The translations under genes and the position numbers were made by a program. Under the pieces are notes generated by a model. The model was not told the origin of the DNA and did no database searches. It saw nothing but the letters and a program-made list of their open reading frames with translations. Below, in pieces: positions 30,481 through 41,992 of a stretch of DNA of 63,143 nucleotides. Each line of letters begins with the position of its first letter. Position 1 is the stretch's first letter. Source of the stretch: an uncultured Bacteroidales bacterium (lineage in GTDB: Bacteria; Bacteroidota; Bacteroidia; Bacteroidales; JAIOZK01); contig CAZJYD010000009.1 of NCBI GenBank assembly GCA_964550205.1, positions 1 through 63,143 on the forward strand. The letters run 5' to 3'.

Positions 30481-32091
30481 TTAATCGGGTTTGTCGTGAA
30501 TATATGAATTATTTGATTTGATCTTGGTTTTTTTATCTTTATCCTCGCTCAGTGAGTATTTTGAAACCTGTGAATCTGAAGAGGAGGGGGTATTTTCAAG
30601 TTTTACTTTCTTTCTGATATAAGCCGGTTCATTCTCCAATTCTGCAAGACCTCCAGGTGATCTTAATTTTATACTTAAATCCTTAAGCCTGTTAATTCTT
30701 TCCTGTGCTTTCTTTTCTAATTCATTGCTGTCTTCTCGTTCAACATTTTCTTTTTTATCGTGCTCAATATAGGTGTTATTATCACTATCTTGTTGTTTAT
30801 TTTTTACAGGTTGTTCTGATACTTCGGGAGTCATATTATCGCGATACTTTTTTTCACCCGAGGTGAGATCGAATACAACAGTCTGTTTATTCTCAGATTT
30901 ACCAGTAGTGGTATTTTTGTTCTGATGTTCTGATTCTTTTGTTTTTTCTTCTTGATTAACTTTTTCTTTATCTTCTTCTTTTATTTTCTTTTTTTCTGTT
31001 TCTTCTTTTTTTCTAATTAGTTCGATCTCTTCAGTTTTGTTGTTTTCCCCATCATCAGGTTTTGTCTTTTTATTCTTAAGGTTTTCCGAAAGATGGTATA
31101 TTGTTTTATTCTTATCTCTTTCGGATTTTGAGTCTGAACTAAAACCCGTAGCAACCAAGGTTATACTGATCTTGTTTCCGAGAGATTCATCAAAGCCATT
31201 ACCCCAAATAATTTCCGCATTGGAGCCTGCTTTTTCTTGAATAAAGTCAGTTATATCGCTCACCTCATCCATTGATACTTCTTCTTCACCTGAAGTGATA
31301 TAAAGCAGAATATTACTGGCGCCAAAAATGTCATTATCATTAAGCAGGGGAGAATTAATAGCTGATTCAACACATTCAGCGGCACGGTTTTCTCCCTCGG
31401 CAGTTGCTGATCCCATAATTGCCCTTCCACTTTCTTTCATAACAGTTCTGATATCTTCGAGATCGACATTCATATATCCGGTAACTGTTACAATTTCGGC
31501 GATACCGCGTGCGGCAGTGGTAAGCACATCATCAGCCCGATGAAATGCATCCGATAATTTCAAATCACCGTGAAGAAGGCGCAATTTATCGTTTATAATA
31601 ATCAGCAAAGTATCCACGTGTTCTTTTAATTCTTTAATTCCTTCTTCAGCCTGTAGTTTTCTTTTTCTGCCTTCAAAGGAAAAAGGCATGGTAACAATAC
31701 CTACAGTAAGTATGCCTAGTTCACGGGCAATAGAAGCAATGATTGGAGTTGCACCTGTGCCGGTACCACCCCCCATACCTGCTGTGAGAAATAGCATTTG
31801 AGTATTTTTTTCGAGTAACTCCATAATTTCTTCCCTCTTCTCATTAGCTGATTCACGGCCAACGGAAGGTATTGATCCAGCACCCAGGCCTTTATTTCCT
31901 AACTGGATTTTTGTAGGCACAGGACTGGCCTCCAAAGCCTGAGCATCTGTATTGCACAGAATAAAATCAACACCTTTAATACCTTGATTGAACATGTGTG
32001 TTACGGCATTGTTGCCACCACCGCCTACTCCCATTACCTTTATAATTGAAGACTCATTTTTTGGCAGGTCGAATTTTATCATGTCGTTCAT
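30481..32091 (-). CDS. ftsZ: Cell division protein FtsZ
   Basis: GVGGGGNNA, NTDAQAL, GMGGGTGTG. Confidence 0.98.
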   Translation of the reverse strand: MNDMIKFDLPKNESSIIKVMGVGGGGNNAVTHMFNQGIKGVDFILCNTDAQALEASPVPTKIQLGNKGLGAGSIPSVGRESANEKREEIMELLEKNTQMLFLTAGMGGGTGTGATPIIASIARELGILTVGIVTMPFSFEGRKRKLQAEEGIKELKEHVDTLLIIINDKLRLLHGDLKLSDAFHRADDVLTTAARGIAEIVTVTGYMNVDLEDIRTVMKESGRAIMGSATAEGENRAAECVESAINSPLLNDNDIFGASNILLYITSGEEEVSMDEVSDITDFIQEKAGSNAEIIWGNGFDESLGNKISITLVATGFSSDSKSERDKNKTIYHLSENLKNKKTKPDDGENNKTEEIELIRKKEETEKKKIKEEDKEKVNQEEKTKESEHQNKNTTTGKSENKQTVVFDLTSGEKKYRDNMTPEVSEQPVKNKQQDSDNNTYIEHDKKENVEREDSNELEKKAQERINRLKDLSIKLRSPGGLAELENEPAYIRKKVKLENTPSSSDSQVSKYSLSEDKDKKTKIKSNNSYIHDKPD

Positions 32092-32178
32092 ATTTTTTGT
32101 ATTTTAAATATATTTCAATTTATTACTGATTTTAATTAAACATTATTAACTTATCAACAGTTAGCCTGTTAATTGAAG

Positions 32179-33474
32179 TTATTCTATCTCATCTTTTTCA
32201 AACCAGTTTTGTATTCTCTCAAGAAAGCTGATCGGTCTTTCATCTTTTTTATCTTTTTTAAATAAAAAGGTAAGTTTTCGCTTATCACTTAATTCGGACA
32301 TTTCTTTATCTTTTTCTTTTTCAAATCTTTTAATTCCTTCTATAACCAAACCAACACAGGTAGAATACATAGGGCTGGCCAATTCATCTGGCACTTTATT
32401 TCCAAGGTGTTCATTCGGATATCCTATCCTTGTGTCCATGCCTGTCATGAATTCAGTTAGCTGGGCTATATGTCGCAATTGTGCACCGCCCCCGGTAAGT
32501 ACAATTCCGGCGATTAGTTTCTTTTCAAAACCCGAATTTTTGATTTCATAGTAAACATGTTCTATAATTTCTTCCATTCTGGCCTGGATTATATTTGCCA
32601 GGTTTTTAAGACTGATCTCTTTAGGAGGCCTGCCTCTTAGACCTGGTATAGCTACAATTTCTTCCTCACGGTTTTCATTAGCCAGAGCCGAGCCGAATTT
32701 GACTTTCAATTCCTCTGCATGCTTTTTAATAATAGTGCAACCTTCTTTTACATCTTCAGTAATGATGTCCCCACCAAAAGGAATTACTGCCGTATGCCGT
32801 ATGATACCATCCTGGAATATTGCTAAGTCAGTTGTTCCACCACCAATGTCTACCAATACAACACCTGCCTCTTTTTCTTCTTCGCCAAGAACAGCTTGTG
32901 CCGAGGCAATTGGTTCAAGGATCAGATCTACCACCTCAAGACCTGCTTTTTTTACGCATTTGTAAATATTTTTTGCGGCAGCAGTTTGTCCAATGATAAT
33001 ATGAAAATTTGCCTCAAGTGAATTCCCCAGCATACCTATAGGTTGTTTGATTCCTTCTTCACCGTCTATGATATATTCCTGGGGAATAACATCAATGATT
33101 TCTTCACCGGGATTCATATTAAGATTGAACATGTTATTATTCAAAGTTTCAATATCTACTTCACCGATTTCCTCATCATTGTTTTCCCTGATAATGTTAC
33201 CTCTGTGTTGAAGGCTTTTGATATGCTGACCCGCAATGCCTACGTTAACATATTTAATGTCAACATCCGATCTTTCAGCGGCTTGCGATACAGCCATTTT
33301 GATTGAATTTACAGTATTTTCAATGTTAGAAACAACACCCCTTTTTACACCGTAGGAATCAGTGCGCCCATGTCCGAGGATCTCAAGTTTACCATGATCG
33401 TTTTTTCTGCCAACAACAGTTGCGATCTTTGTTGTTCCTATATCCAGACTTACTATTATTTCTGAAGTTTTCAT
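32179..33474 (-). CDS. ftsA: Cell division protein FtsA
   Basis: LDIGTTKI, DIGGGTTD, VLTGGGA. Confidence 0.97.
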   Translation of the reverse strand: MKTSEIIVSLDIGTTKIATVVGRKNDHGKLEILGHGRTDSYGVKRGVVSNIENTVNSIKMAVSQAAERSDVDIKYVNVGIAGQHIKSLQHRGNIIRENNDEEIGEVDIETLNNNMFNLNMNPGEEIIDVIPQEYIIDGEEGIKQPIGMLGNSLEANFHIIIGQTAAAKNIYKCVKKAGLEVVDLILEPIASAQAVLGEEEKEAGVVLVDIGGGTTDLAIFQDGIIRHTAVIPFGGDIITEDVKEGCTIIKKHAEELKVKFGSALANENREEEIVAIPGLRGRPPKEISLKNLANIIQARMEEIIEHVYYEIKNSGFEKKLIAGIVLTGGGAQLRHIAQLTEFMTGMDTRIGYPNEHLGNKVPDELASPMYSTCVGLVIEGIKRFEKEKDKEMSELSDKRKLTFLFKKDKKDERPISFLERIQNWFEKDEIE

Positions 33475-33478
33475 AGCT

Positions 33479-34252
33479 TTATTTTTTTGTGCAAACTACC
33501 TGATTATTAAATTTTAAATTTATTTTTTTGTATTTGTTCCAGTTTTTGTTTCCCAATCCCTTTTTATAAAATATGACTAGCTTTTCAACTTTTTCTTCAA
33601 GATTATTAGCTTTTCCAAGTTCAATATAATGTTTACCTATTTTAGGGTATAATTCAAATTCATGGTTTTCTGTTATGTAAATCTGATCTATTTGTGATCT
33701 TAAAAGCTCATTATTATTAATATATTTTGCAATTCTGTAGATATCTGTTATTGCAGGATTTTGCAATGAATCAATTACTATAACATTATTGATGGATTCG
33801 ATTTTGCCAATATAACCGTTTGCTATGGGTACTTTCGCTGCCATGTAATTACTTGTTTTAAACAGGCATTTTTTATTATCGATATAAAATGAATTACCAT
33901 CATTATCAAATATCCTTACCAGAGGAATTCGCTGAAATATTTTAAGTATAACTTTACCATTAATTGTTGTATAAACATTAGCATTTTCAATAAAGCAACT
34001 TTCTTCTAATTGTTTCTCAAGTTTATTAAGATCAATTTCAGTTATAGTTTTATTTTCAATTGAATCGATAATATAATCTGTGTGTTGTTTGATGTAATCC
34101 TTGTCAATTAACTTATGCTCATCAGGGCAATATATTTGGATGGTAACTGATGAAATTTTTACCTCCTTGTGCTTGCTGTTCATAAAACCGAGCAGAATAA
34201 CAGTACAGATGATCAGTCCTGAATATAATATGATGTTTATAAATTTTTTCAT
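33479..34252 (-). CDS. ftsQ: Cell division protein FtsQ/DivIB
   Basis: N-terminal TM, QRIPLVR, INLKFNNQVVCTK; between murC and ftsA. Confidence 0.88.
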   Translation of the reverse strand: MKKFINIILYSGLIICTVILLGFMNSKHKEVKISSVTIQIYCPDEHKLIDKDYIKQHTDYIIDSIENKTITEIDLNKLEKQLEESCFIENANVYTTINGKVILKIFQRIPLVRIFDNDGNSFYIDNKKCLFKTSNYMAAKVPIANGYIGKIESINNVIVIDSLQNPAITDIYRIAKYINNNELLRSQIDQIYITENHEFELYPKIGKHYIELGKANNLEEKVEKLVIFYKKGLGNKNWNKYKKINLKFNNQVVCTKK

Positions 34253-35607
34253 GATTCAATTAATATGTTTTTAATTGGTTCAACGATCTGGTCAATATCT
34301 CCGGCGCCCAATGTAACTAATACCTCCGGTTTATTGTGTTTTATGTAATCTATAGTTTCATCTTTGCTTAAAAGCTTTTTATTAATTATTTGGATTTTGT
34401 CCAACAACATCTCAGAATTAATTCCTTCTATTGGCTTTTCCCTTGCAGGATAGATATTGAGCAGGATTAATTCATCCAACAATTCAAGACTTCTCGCAAA
34501 ATCATCAATAAAATCACGTGTACGGCTATAAAGATGTGGTTGAAAAATACCCGTAATTTTTTTGTCAGGATATAATTTTCTTACTGTTGAAATGCAAGAC
34601 TTCAATTCTTCAGGATGATGGGCATAATCATCGATAAAAATATGGTCACCGGATTTAACTACATATTCAAAACGTCTTTCAACTCCTGTATAAGAAGCAA
34701 AAGCTGCTTTGATCCGGTTGCCATTAAGTCCGCAATCATCGGCAAAAGCTATAGCAGCTAAAGCATTTTCTATATTATGGTTACCAGGTGTTTGTATTTT
34801 GATATTCTCTATAGTACTATCCTGGAAGGAGATATTTAGATAATAATCCCTATTTATTATTTTATAAGAAATTAAATAATAGTCGCTTTTTTGTTTTATT
34901 GAATACGTTATTATTTTGCCCTTGTAATCTTTAGCTATTTCTCTAAGATTTTTATTTATAATTAAATATCCCCCTTTTTTGATCTGTGCAATGAACTTTT
35001 TAAAACCGGAACTAAGATTGTTTTTATTCTTGTAAATATCGAGATGATCAGCATCAATAGATGTAATTATTGCAACATCGGGTTTTAGCTGCAGGAAAGA
35101 ACGATCAAATTCATCTGCTTCTAAGATCAGAATTTCAGAATTATTATCATGAATAAGATTTGTATTATAGTTGCGGGAAATACCACCGATTAAAGCTGTG
35201 ATTTTATAATTATTTGATTTTAACAGGTGAGCTATCATTGAGCAAACGGTTGTTTTACCGTGAGTTCCTGCAATAGCCAATGTGTATTGATCTTCGGAAA
35301 GTGATCCCAACATCTCCGATCTTTTTTTCAATGGGAGATTTTTCTCTATTAAATATTCAAATTCTTTATTATCAGATGGAATAGCAGGGGTATAAATAAC
35401 AAGATCAATATTGTCGGGTATTAACTCCGGGTTTTCTGTGTAATGGATTTGCATTCCTTCTTTTTCCAATGCTTTAGTGAGAGGTGTGGCGGTGCGATCA
35501 TAACCTGAAATATTAACACCTTTGGAATGAAAATACCTGGCCAGGCTGCTCATACCAATCCCACCTATGCCCAAAAAATATATATGCCTGATATGTTCTT
35601 TATTCAT
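34249..35607 (-). CDS. murC: UDP-N-acetylmuramate--L-alanine ligase
   Basis: GIGGIGMS, GTHGKTT, EADEFDRSF, DDYAHHP, FQPHLYSRT. Confidence 0.97.
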   Translation of the reverse strand: MNKEHIRHIYFLGIGGIGMSSLARYFHSKGVNISGYDRTATPLTKALEKEGMQIHYTENPELIPDNIDLVIYTPAIPSDNKEFEYLIEKNLPLKKRSEMLGSLSEDQYTLAIAGTHGKTTVCSMIAHLLKSNNYKITALIGGISRNYNTNLIHDNNSEILILEADEFDRSFLQLKPDVAIITSIDADHLDIYKNKNNLSSGFKKFIAQIKKGGYLIINKNLREIAKDYKGKIITYSIKQKSDYYLISYKIINRDYYLNISFQDSTIENIKIQTPGNHNIENALAAIAFADDCGLNGNRIKAAFASYTGVERRFEYVVKSGDHIFIDDYAHHPEELKSCISTVRKLYPDKKITGIFQPHLYSRTRDFIDDFARSLELLDELILLNIYPAREKPIEGINSEMLLDKIQIINKKLLSKDETIDYIKHNKPEVLVTLGAGDIDQIVEPIKNILIES

Positions 35608-35615
35608 TCCGTTAT

Positions 35616-36731
35616 TTAGTTTTCTTTTTTTAATAATTTTATAACCTCATCAGCTATTCTGTCGCTTGCATCGGTCACAGAAAACTGTTTTATGTTTTCC
35701 GACAATTCCTTTTGTTTTTCTTGGTTGTTAATTATTTCAATGATCATATCAGCAAGCTGCTTATGTACATTCTTATTTTGGATTAATACTGCTGCATTCT
35801 TATTCACCAGTTTCATGGCATTTTTTGTTTGATGGTCTTCTGCAGCAGTAGGAAGAGGAACAAATATGGTTGGTTTCTGAACAACACAGATCTCGGAAAT
35901 TGCAATTGCTCCGGCCCTTGACACGATAACACCTGCTGCACTATAAGCCAGATCCATTCTGCTTATGAATTCGTGTACAAAAACATTATTGAGTTTTCGG
36001 GCGGCAATGGTATTCCTGGCCTGATCGTAATAATACTTTCCTGTTTGCCAGATTATCTGAATGTTATTTTTTTGCAGAGTTTCAAGATTACTATCTATGG
36101 CTTCATTGATGGCTTTTGCCCCCTGGCTGCCGCCAATTACAAGAACCACAGCTTTTTTATTGTTAAGTTTGAAAAAATCAATAGCCTCCTGGGTTTTATT
36201 TTTCAGCTCAATGATATCTTTTCGAACTGGATTACCGGTCAGAACAATCTTTGATGTAGGAAAATACTTTTCCATACCTTCGTAGGCAACGCATATTGTA
36301 TCAGCATGCTTTGCAAGATTTTTGTTTGTGATGCCGGGATATGAATTTTGCTCCTGAATAAGAGTAGGTATTTTAACTGAATAAGCTGCTTTAACTGTCG
36401 GATAGCTTGCATATCCACCTGTACCAACAATCACATCAGGGGAGTAACTTTTTATGATTTTACGGGCTTTGTAAAAACTTAAGATTACTTTGAGAGGGAA
36501 TAATAGATTTTGCAGAGTAAACCTTCTTTGAAGCCCGCTTATCCAAAGTCCGATTATTTTGTAACCAGCATCAGGTATTTTCTTCATTTCCATTTTATTT
36601 TTGGCTCCGACAAAGAGAAAATCGACTTCAGTTAATTTATACTTCAGTGATTCAGCAATAGCAATGGCAGGGAAGATATGTCCTCCAGTACCTCCGCCGG
36701 TTATTAATATTTTTGACTTATGCTGTAACAT
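35616..36731 (-). CDS. murG: Undecaprenyldiphospho-muramoylpentapeptide beta-N-acetylglucosaminyltransferase
   Basis: GGGTGGHIFP, EQNS, GNPVR, GGSQGA, SRAGA, HQTKNA; start could be 36746. Confidence 0.97.
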   Translation of the reverse strand: MLQHKSKILITGGGTGGHIFPAIAIAESLKYKLTEVDFLFVGAKNKMEMKKIPDAGYKIIGLWISGLQRRFTLQNLLFPLKVILSFYKARKIIKSYSPDVIVGTGGYASYPTVKAAYSVKIPTLIQEQNSYPGITNKNLAKHADTICVAYEGMEKYFPTSKIVLTGNPVRKDIIELKNKTQEAIDFFKLNNKKAVVLVIGGSQGAKAINEAIDSNLETLQKNNIQIIWQTGKYYYDQARNTIAARKLNNVFVHEFISRMDLAYSAAGVIVSRAGAIAISEICVVQKPTIFVPLPTAAEDHQTKNAMKLVNKNAAVLIQNKNVHKQLADMIIEIINNQEKQKELSENIKQFSVTDASDRIADEVIKLLKKEN

Positions 36732-37875
36732 TCTGAGTTTGCTCAAGTTTTTGTTCTTTATCTATTTCTTTGCTCACGCTTAAAATAATCCCAATCGAAA
36801 TACTTGTAAACCATATGGATGTACCACCCATACTGATCAAGGGTAGGGCTTGACCTGTTACAGGCAGCAGGTTAACTGCCACTGCCATATTTACTATAGC
36901 TTGAAAAACAAGGCTGAAACTTACTCCGAAAGTTAGTATGGCCCCAAATTTCCTGGGAATTTTTGTTATAATTTTTACTGCCCTGAAAAATAATATCATA
37001 TAAAGTAAGATTATAAATGTAGCACCAACCAGTCCGTATTCTTCAACAATAATTGCAAAAATAAAATCAGAATAGGGATGCGGTAAAAAATTCTTTTGGG
37101 TACTGTTGCCAGGCATTTTACCAAACAAACCACCTGAGGCTATCGCTATTTTTGATTGTTTTATTTGGTACTCATCACCTTCACTTTTTACGAAAAAACT
37201 TTCCAATCTTTTTTCCCATGTTGGTAGTCTTACTTCTTTTTCATCAGGTAAGCTATAAAGTATCAGGATAAATATTGAAAGACATACTATGCCTATTCCT
37301 ACAAAATACAAAATATATTTAACCTTAACTTGTCCAATATACATTAAAACAATGCTGGTTAAAAATAACAATGCAGCAGTTGAAAAATTATATGGAAGAA
37401 TCAAACCACAAACAATTATAACAGGAAGCATAATAGGCAGGAAAACGGATTTGAAATCACTGAGCTGTTGTTGTTTTGTTAAAAGCCTTGCAAGGTACAT
37501 TATCAAAGTTAGTTTGGCGAAATCCGCTGTTTGAAAAGATAAATTAAACGGTAAAGGCAAAGCACGTCTGGCTTCATTAATGTTCATGCCAAGGATCAAA
37601 GTAAGGATTAATAATGGTACAGCGATATACAGAGCAATTTGAAAAATCCTTGAGTAGTAAGTATATTTAACAAGATGTGCTAAATACATTAACCCAAGTC
37701 CGAATAAAAGAATAAGAAAATGTTTGATCAAGTAATATCCAGTATTACCCGACTGATATTTATATGCTAAAGTGCCTGTAGAACTATATACTGCAAGCAG
37801 AGAGAAGATAGAAAGAATAATTACAACCATCCATATTACTTTATCTCCTTTAATATGACTTATTAGATATTTCAT
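36718..37875 (-). CDS. ftsW: Peptidoglycan glycosyltransferase FtsW (SEDS)
   Basis: LPHPYSDFIFAIIVEEYG, PVTGQALPLISMGGTS. Confidence 0.95.
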   Translation of the reverse strand: MKYLISHIKGDKVIWMVVIILSIFSLLAVYSSTGTLAYKYQSGNTGYYLIKHFLILLFGLGLMYLAHLVKYTYYSRIFQIALYIAVPLLILTLILGMNINEARRALPLPFNLSFQTADFAKLTLIMYLARLLTKQQQLSDFKSVFLPIMLPVIIVCGLILPYNFSTAALLFLTSIVLMYIGQVKVKYILYFVGIGIVCLSIFILILYSLPDEKEVRLPTWEKRLESFFVKSEGDEYQIKQSKIAIASGGLFGKMPGNSTQKNFLPHPYSDFIFAIIVEEYGLVGATFIILLYMILFFRAVKIITKIPRKFGAILTFGVSFSLVFQAIVNMAVAVNLLPVTGQALPLISMGGTSIWFTSISIGIILSVSKEIDKEQKLEQTQNVTA

Positions 37876-37903
37876 GTTACCCTGTTTCTTTTGTTTTTAA
37901 ATA

Positions 37904-39244
37904 TTACAAATCATTAACAGCCTGTTTAAACTGATTACCCCGGTCTTCATAATTATTAAAAAGATCAAAGCTGGCACATGCCGGAGATAATAATACCACA
38001 TCACCGTGTTCGGATAATTTAGAAGCTTCTGATACTGCCTTCTGGGCAGAGGTTGTGTTAACAATTGTACTTACTATATCTTTGAAGGCACGGTGTATAA
38101 GCTCATTTTCAACACCTAAACAGACAATGGCTTTTACCTTGAGCTTAACTTGTTCTTTTATCAGGCTGTAATCGTTGCCTTTATCAATACCTCCGGCTAT
38201 CCAAATAATCGGTTTATCCATGCATTCGAGTGCATACCATGTGGAGTTGATATTAGTGGCTTTAGAGTCATTAATATAATCCACTCCATGAATTGTAGCA
38301 ACATATTCTAACCTGTGCTCAATATTCTGAAAATCAGCCAGACTGTCTTTTACTTTGTTTTTTCTAATGTCCAGGACCCTGGCAGCAATACTTGCTGCCA
38401 TAGAGTTATAAACATTGTGTTTTCCTTGTAATGCTAATTCTTCAAGTGTCATAATATGTTTACCTGATTTAAGATTAATCACTATTTTATTTTTATTTAA
38501 TATACCCCCGTATTCAAGTTTTGTCATTTGAGAGAAGGGATATTCTTTTGCTTTTATCTTTCTCTGTTTTATTTCTTCCCTTATCACTTCATCATCGTAA
38601 TTATATATAAATGCATCCTTCTCTGTTTGATTATTGATAATCCTGAATTTGGAGTTTTTGTATTTTCCGAAATCATAATCATATCTGTCGAGATGATCTG
38701 GTGTAATATTCAGCAGTATTGCAATTTCAGCCTTAAAGTTGAACATTCCATCAAGCTGAAAACTGCTAACTTCCAACACATAATAGTCATAGTTTTCGTT
38801 GGCGACCTGCAAAGCAAAACTCTTACCTACATTACCCGCAAGGCCTGCATTTATTCCAGCTTTTTTAAGTATATGATGAGTTAGCAGCGCAGTTGTTGTT
38901 TTCCCGTTACTTCCGGTAATACATATCTTTTTTGCTCTGGTGAAACGGTCGGCAAACTCCAGTTCTGAAATGATATTGATTCCTTCTTTTTTAATACTCT
39001 CAATTATTGGAATATTATCCGGTATTCCTGGACTTTTAATCACTTCAGCAGCATCCATTATCAGACTATCAGAGTGTTTACCTTCCTCAAAACGGATTTC
39101 ATGATTTAAAAGAACGTTTTTATATTTATCCTTTATTTTTCCTATATCAGAAACAAAAACTTCCATTCCTTTTTTCTTGGCCAGTATAGCTGACCCAACA
39201 CCGCTTTCGCCAGCTCCAAGGATTGCTATTTTGTTTCTCTTCAT
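37904..39244 (-). CDS. murD: UDP-N-acetylmuramoyl-L-alanine--D-glutamate ligase
   Basis: KSPGIP, TGSNGKTTT, EVSSFQL, NDSKATN, LLSPACASFD. Confidence 0.97.
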   Translation of the reverse strand: MKRNKIAILGAGESGVGSAILAKKKGMEVFVSDIGKIKDKYKNVLLNHEIRFEEGKHSDSLIMDAAEVIKSPGIPDNIPIIESIKKEGINIISELEFADRFTRAKKICITGSNGKTTTALLTHHILKKAGINAGLAGNVGKSFALQVANENYDYYVLEVSSFQLDGMFNFKAEIAILLNITPDHLDRYDYDFGKYKNSKFRIINNQTEKDAFIYNYDDEVIREEIKQRKIKAKEYPFSQMTKLEYGGILNKNKIVINLKSGKHIMTLEELALQGKHNVYNSMAASIAARVLDIRKNKVKDSLADFQNIEHRLEYVATIHGVDYINDSKATNINSTWYALECMDKPIIWIAGGIDKGNDYSLIKEQVKLKVKAIVCLGVENELIHRAFKDIVSTIVNTTSAQKAVSEASKLSEHGDVVLLSPACASFDLFNNYEDRGNQFKQAVNDL

Positions 39245-39259
39245 TCAATTCTTTTCTGT

Positions 39260-40510
39260 TTATCTTAGTTTAAGTGTGATTATTGTAAAAACCGCCAGCA
39301 TAATACCAACAATAATGAACCTTTGAACTATCTTCGGCTCCTGATATCCTTTTTTCTGATAGTGATGGTGTAGGGGAGACATTAGAAATATCCTTTTCCC
39401 CGCACCGTATTTTCTTTTTGTATATTTGAAATAACTTACCTGAATAAGTACCGATAGGCTCTCAGCTACAAATATTCCGCATAAAATTGGTATCAGTAAT
39501 TCTTTCCTTATTATTATTGCGAATACCGCAATGATACCACCAATGGTCAGACTTCCCGTGTCTCCCATAAATACCTGGGCCGGGTAGGAATTATACCACA
39601 AGAAACCAATACAACCACCAACAAAAGCACTGATGAAAATGGTTAGTTCACCCGAATTAGGTATATACATAATATTCAGGTAATTAGCAAATACTATATT
39701 ACCCGAAACCCATGCAAGTATACCAAGTGTGGAGCCTATTATTGCCGAAGTACCTGTTGCCAAGCCGTCTATACCATCTGTAAGGTTGGAACCATTTGAA
39801 ACGGCTGTAATAATGAGTATTACAATAGGAATAAAGATCAACCATGCGTATTTTCTGTAATTATCTCCCAACCATGAAATCAATATCGAATAATCAAATT
39901 CGTTATTTTTAACAAATGGTATTGTTGTTTTTGTTGATCTTACAGGCTCACCTGAGAATGCTTCGGAAGGAGTCCGCACACGTTCAATAATACCGGTATC
40001 AGTTTCAACAACTACCGGATCGGTAATTTTTTCTTTTATTACAATGGAATCGTTGAAATACATGACCATACCTACAACCAGTCCCAATATTATCTGTCCT
40101 ATGATTTTAAACTTTCCGGCAAGCCCTTTCTTTTCTTTTTTGAATACCTTAATGTAATCATCTGTAAAGCCAATAATACCCAGCCATACAATAGTAAAGA
40201 GCATTAAAATGATATAAATATTGTCGAGTTTGGCAAAGAGCAACACAGGTATTAATGTGGCACCAATAATGATGATACCTCCCATTGTGGGTATATTTTG
40301 TTTTTCTATCTGTCCCTTAAGTCCAAGGTCTCTAATTGGTTCTCCCACATTTTTCTTTCTGAGGATATTTATAATTCTCTTTCCGAAAATAAGTGATATG
40401 ATTAAGGAAGTGATCACAGCCATGGCAGCCCTGAAAGAAATATACTGAAAAACTCCCGCTCCCGGAAAGTCAAATGCCTGATCAAGATAATTAAATAAAT
40501 AATAAAACAT
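39260..40510 (-). CDS. mraY: Phospho-N-acetylmuramoyl-pentapeptide transferase
   Basis: [33 protein letters not shown]. Confidence 0.97.
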   Translation of the reverse strand: MFYYLFNYLDQAFDFPGAGVFQYISFRAAMAVITSLIISLIFGKRIINILRKKNVGEPIRDLGLKGQIEKQNIPTMGGIIIIGATLIPVLLFAKLDNIYIILMLFTIVWLGIIGFTDDYIKVFKKEKKGLAGKFKIIGQIILGLVVGMVMYFNDSIVIKEKITDPVVVETDTGIIERVRTPSEAFSGEPVRSTKTTIPFVKNNEFDYSILISWLGDNYRKYAWLIFIPIVILIITAVSNGSNLTDGIDGLATGTSAIIGSTLGILAWVSGNIVFANYLNIMYIPNSGELTIFISAFVGGCIGFLWYNSYPAQVFMGDTGSLTIGGIIAVFAIIIRKELLIPILCGIFVAESLSVLIQVSYFKYTKRKYGAGKRIFLMSPLHHHYQKKGYQEPKIVQRFIIVGIMLAVFTIITLKLR

Positions 40511-40511
40511 A

Positions 40512-41981
40512 TCAGCTTTGTTTTAATTGCTTTGAAATAAACCCCTTTAAAACTTTTTTATCATCAAATGAGATCTTTTCACCTTTGATTTCCTGATATT
40601 TCTCATGGCCTTTGCCGGTAACTATTATTATATCATTGTTTTCAGCAAGCATACATGCTGTTTTTATTGCTTCTTTCCTGTCAGTGATTTCCAGAATATT
40701 TTTCAATTCATCATTGGTAAGATCCTGTTTCATTTCTTCGATAATAGCTGAAGGGTCTTCTGATCTAGGATTATCGGAGGTAAATATTACTTTGTCACTC
40801 AGTGCAGCAGCAATTTTGCCCATTAATGGACGTTTTTTCTTGTCACGATCACCACCGGCACCTGCAACCGAGATCAATTTCTCGTCTTTTGTTTTTATTG
40901 TTATTATGGTTTCCAGAACGTTTTTCAGAGCATCCGGTGTATGAGCATAGTCAACTATTCCTGTAATAGTACCGGGTTCTGTAATTATCTCAAATCTTCC
41001 TTCAACTCCATTTTGTTCGCTCAGATGAGTGAGTATATTTTCTTTTTCCAATCCAAGCAGCCTCGCAGCAGAGTATGCAGCAAGTATATTATAAGCATTG
41101 AATTTGCCAATTAACTTAAACCATACTTCAGTACCGTCAATATCTAATAATAAACCATTTATTTGATTTTCAATTATCTTTCCCTTGAAGTTGCTTTTAT
41201 GATAAAGGCTGTATGATTTCTTGTTCGCCTTTGTGTTTTGTAAAATAAATTCCCCGTTTTTATCATCATAATTAGAGAGGGCAAAAGCATCTTTAGGGAG
41301 AAGATCAAAGAACATTTTCTTTGATCCAATATAATCCTTAAAAGTCAGGTGGTAATCCAAATGATCATGAGTGATGTTTGTAAATATGCCCCCTGTGAAT
41401 TTTAGTCCTGCAATACGGTTTTGATCAATGGCATGAGAGCTGACTTCAATAAAACAATGGGTGCATTTTGCTTTTCCCATTTTGCTGAGTAATTTATTTA
41501 TATACAAGGTATCGGAAGTGGTATGTGTGGGAGCTATTGTTTTTGTATCTATTTTGTTTTCGATTGTGCTCATTAAGCCTGTTTTATAGCCTAATGACTT
41601 AAATAAGTTGTATAGTATTATTACAACCGATGATTTTCCGTTTGTACCGGTTACGCCTATTAATTTTATGTTTTCGGAGGGATTGTTATAAAATGCGCTG
41701 GCAATAAAACCAAGAGCTTTACTGCTTTCGGTTGTTTTTATATATGTAATATCCGGAAGCGATTTTTCAGGAATTCGTTCCGCAACAATAACCTTAGCTC
41801 CTTTTTCAACAGCATGATTTATATATTGATGACCATCCACCTGAGTGCCCTTAATGGCAACAAATAATGATTGCTTTTCCACTTGACGGGAATCAAAATG
41901 AATTGATCTTACAGAAATATCCTTCCGGCCTGTTATTTCTTTAATATCAATGTTTGCTATTATGTCTTTGAGCTTTTTCAA
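40512..41981 (-). CDS. murE: UDP-N-acetylmuramoyl-L-alanyl-D-glutamate--2,6-diaminopimelate ligase
   Basis: [26 protein letters not shown] (mDAP specificity), GKGHE. Confidence 0.96.
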   Translation of the reverse strand: MKKLKDIIANIDIKEITGRKDISVRSIHFDSRQVEKQSLFVAIKGTQVDGHQYINHAVEKGAKVIVAERIPEKSLPDITYIKTTESSKALGFIASAFYNNPSENIKLIGVTGTNGKSSVVIILYNLFKSLGYKTGLMSTIENKIDTKTIAPTHTTSDTLYINKLLSKMGKAKCTHCFIEVSSHAIDQNRIAGLKFTGGIFTNITHDHLDYHLTFKDYIGSKKMFFDLLPKDAFALSNYDDKNGEFILQNTKANKKSYSLYHKSNFKGKIIENQINGLLLDIDGTEVWFKLIGKFNAYNILAAYSAARLLGLEKENILTHLSEQNGVEGRFEIITEPGTITGIVDYAHTPDALKNVLETIITIKTKDEKLISVAGAGGDRDKKKRPLMGKIAAALSDKVIFTSDNPRSEDPSAIIEEMKQDLTNDELKNILEITDRKEAIKTACMLAENNDIIIVTGKGHEKYQEIKGEKISFDDKKVLKGFISKQLKQS

Positions 41982-41992
41982 ATAAATTATTT

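Noticed and set aside
30481-31130. Long charged low-complexity FtsZ C-terminal region
   Set aside because: Long disordered linkers are normal for Bacteroidota FtsZ
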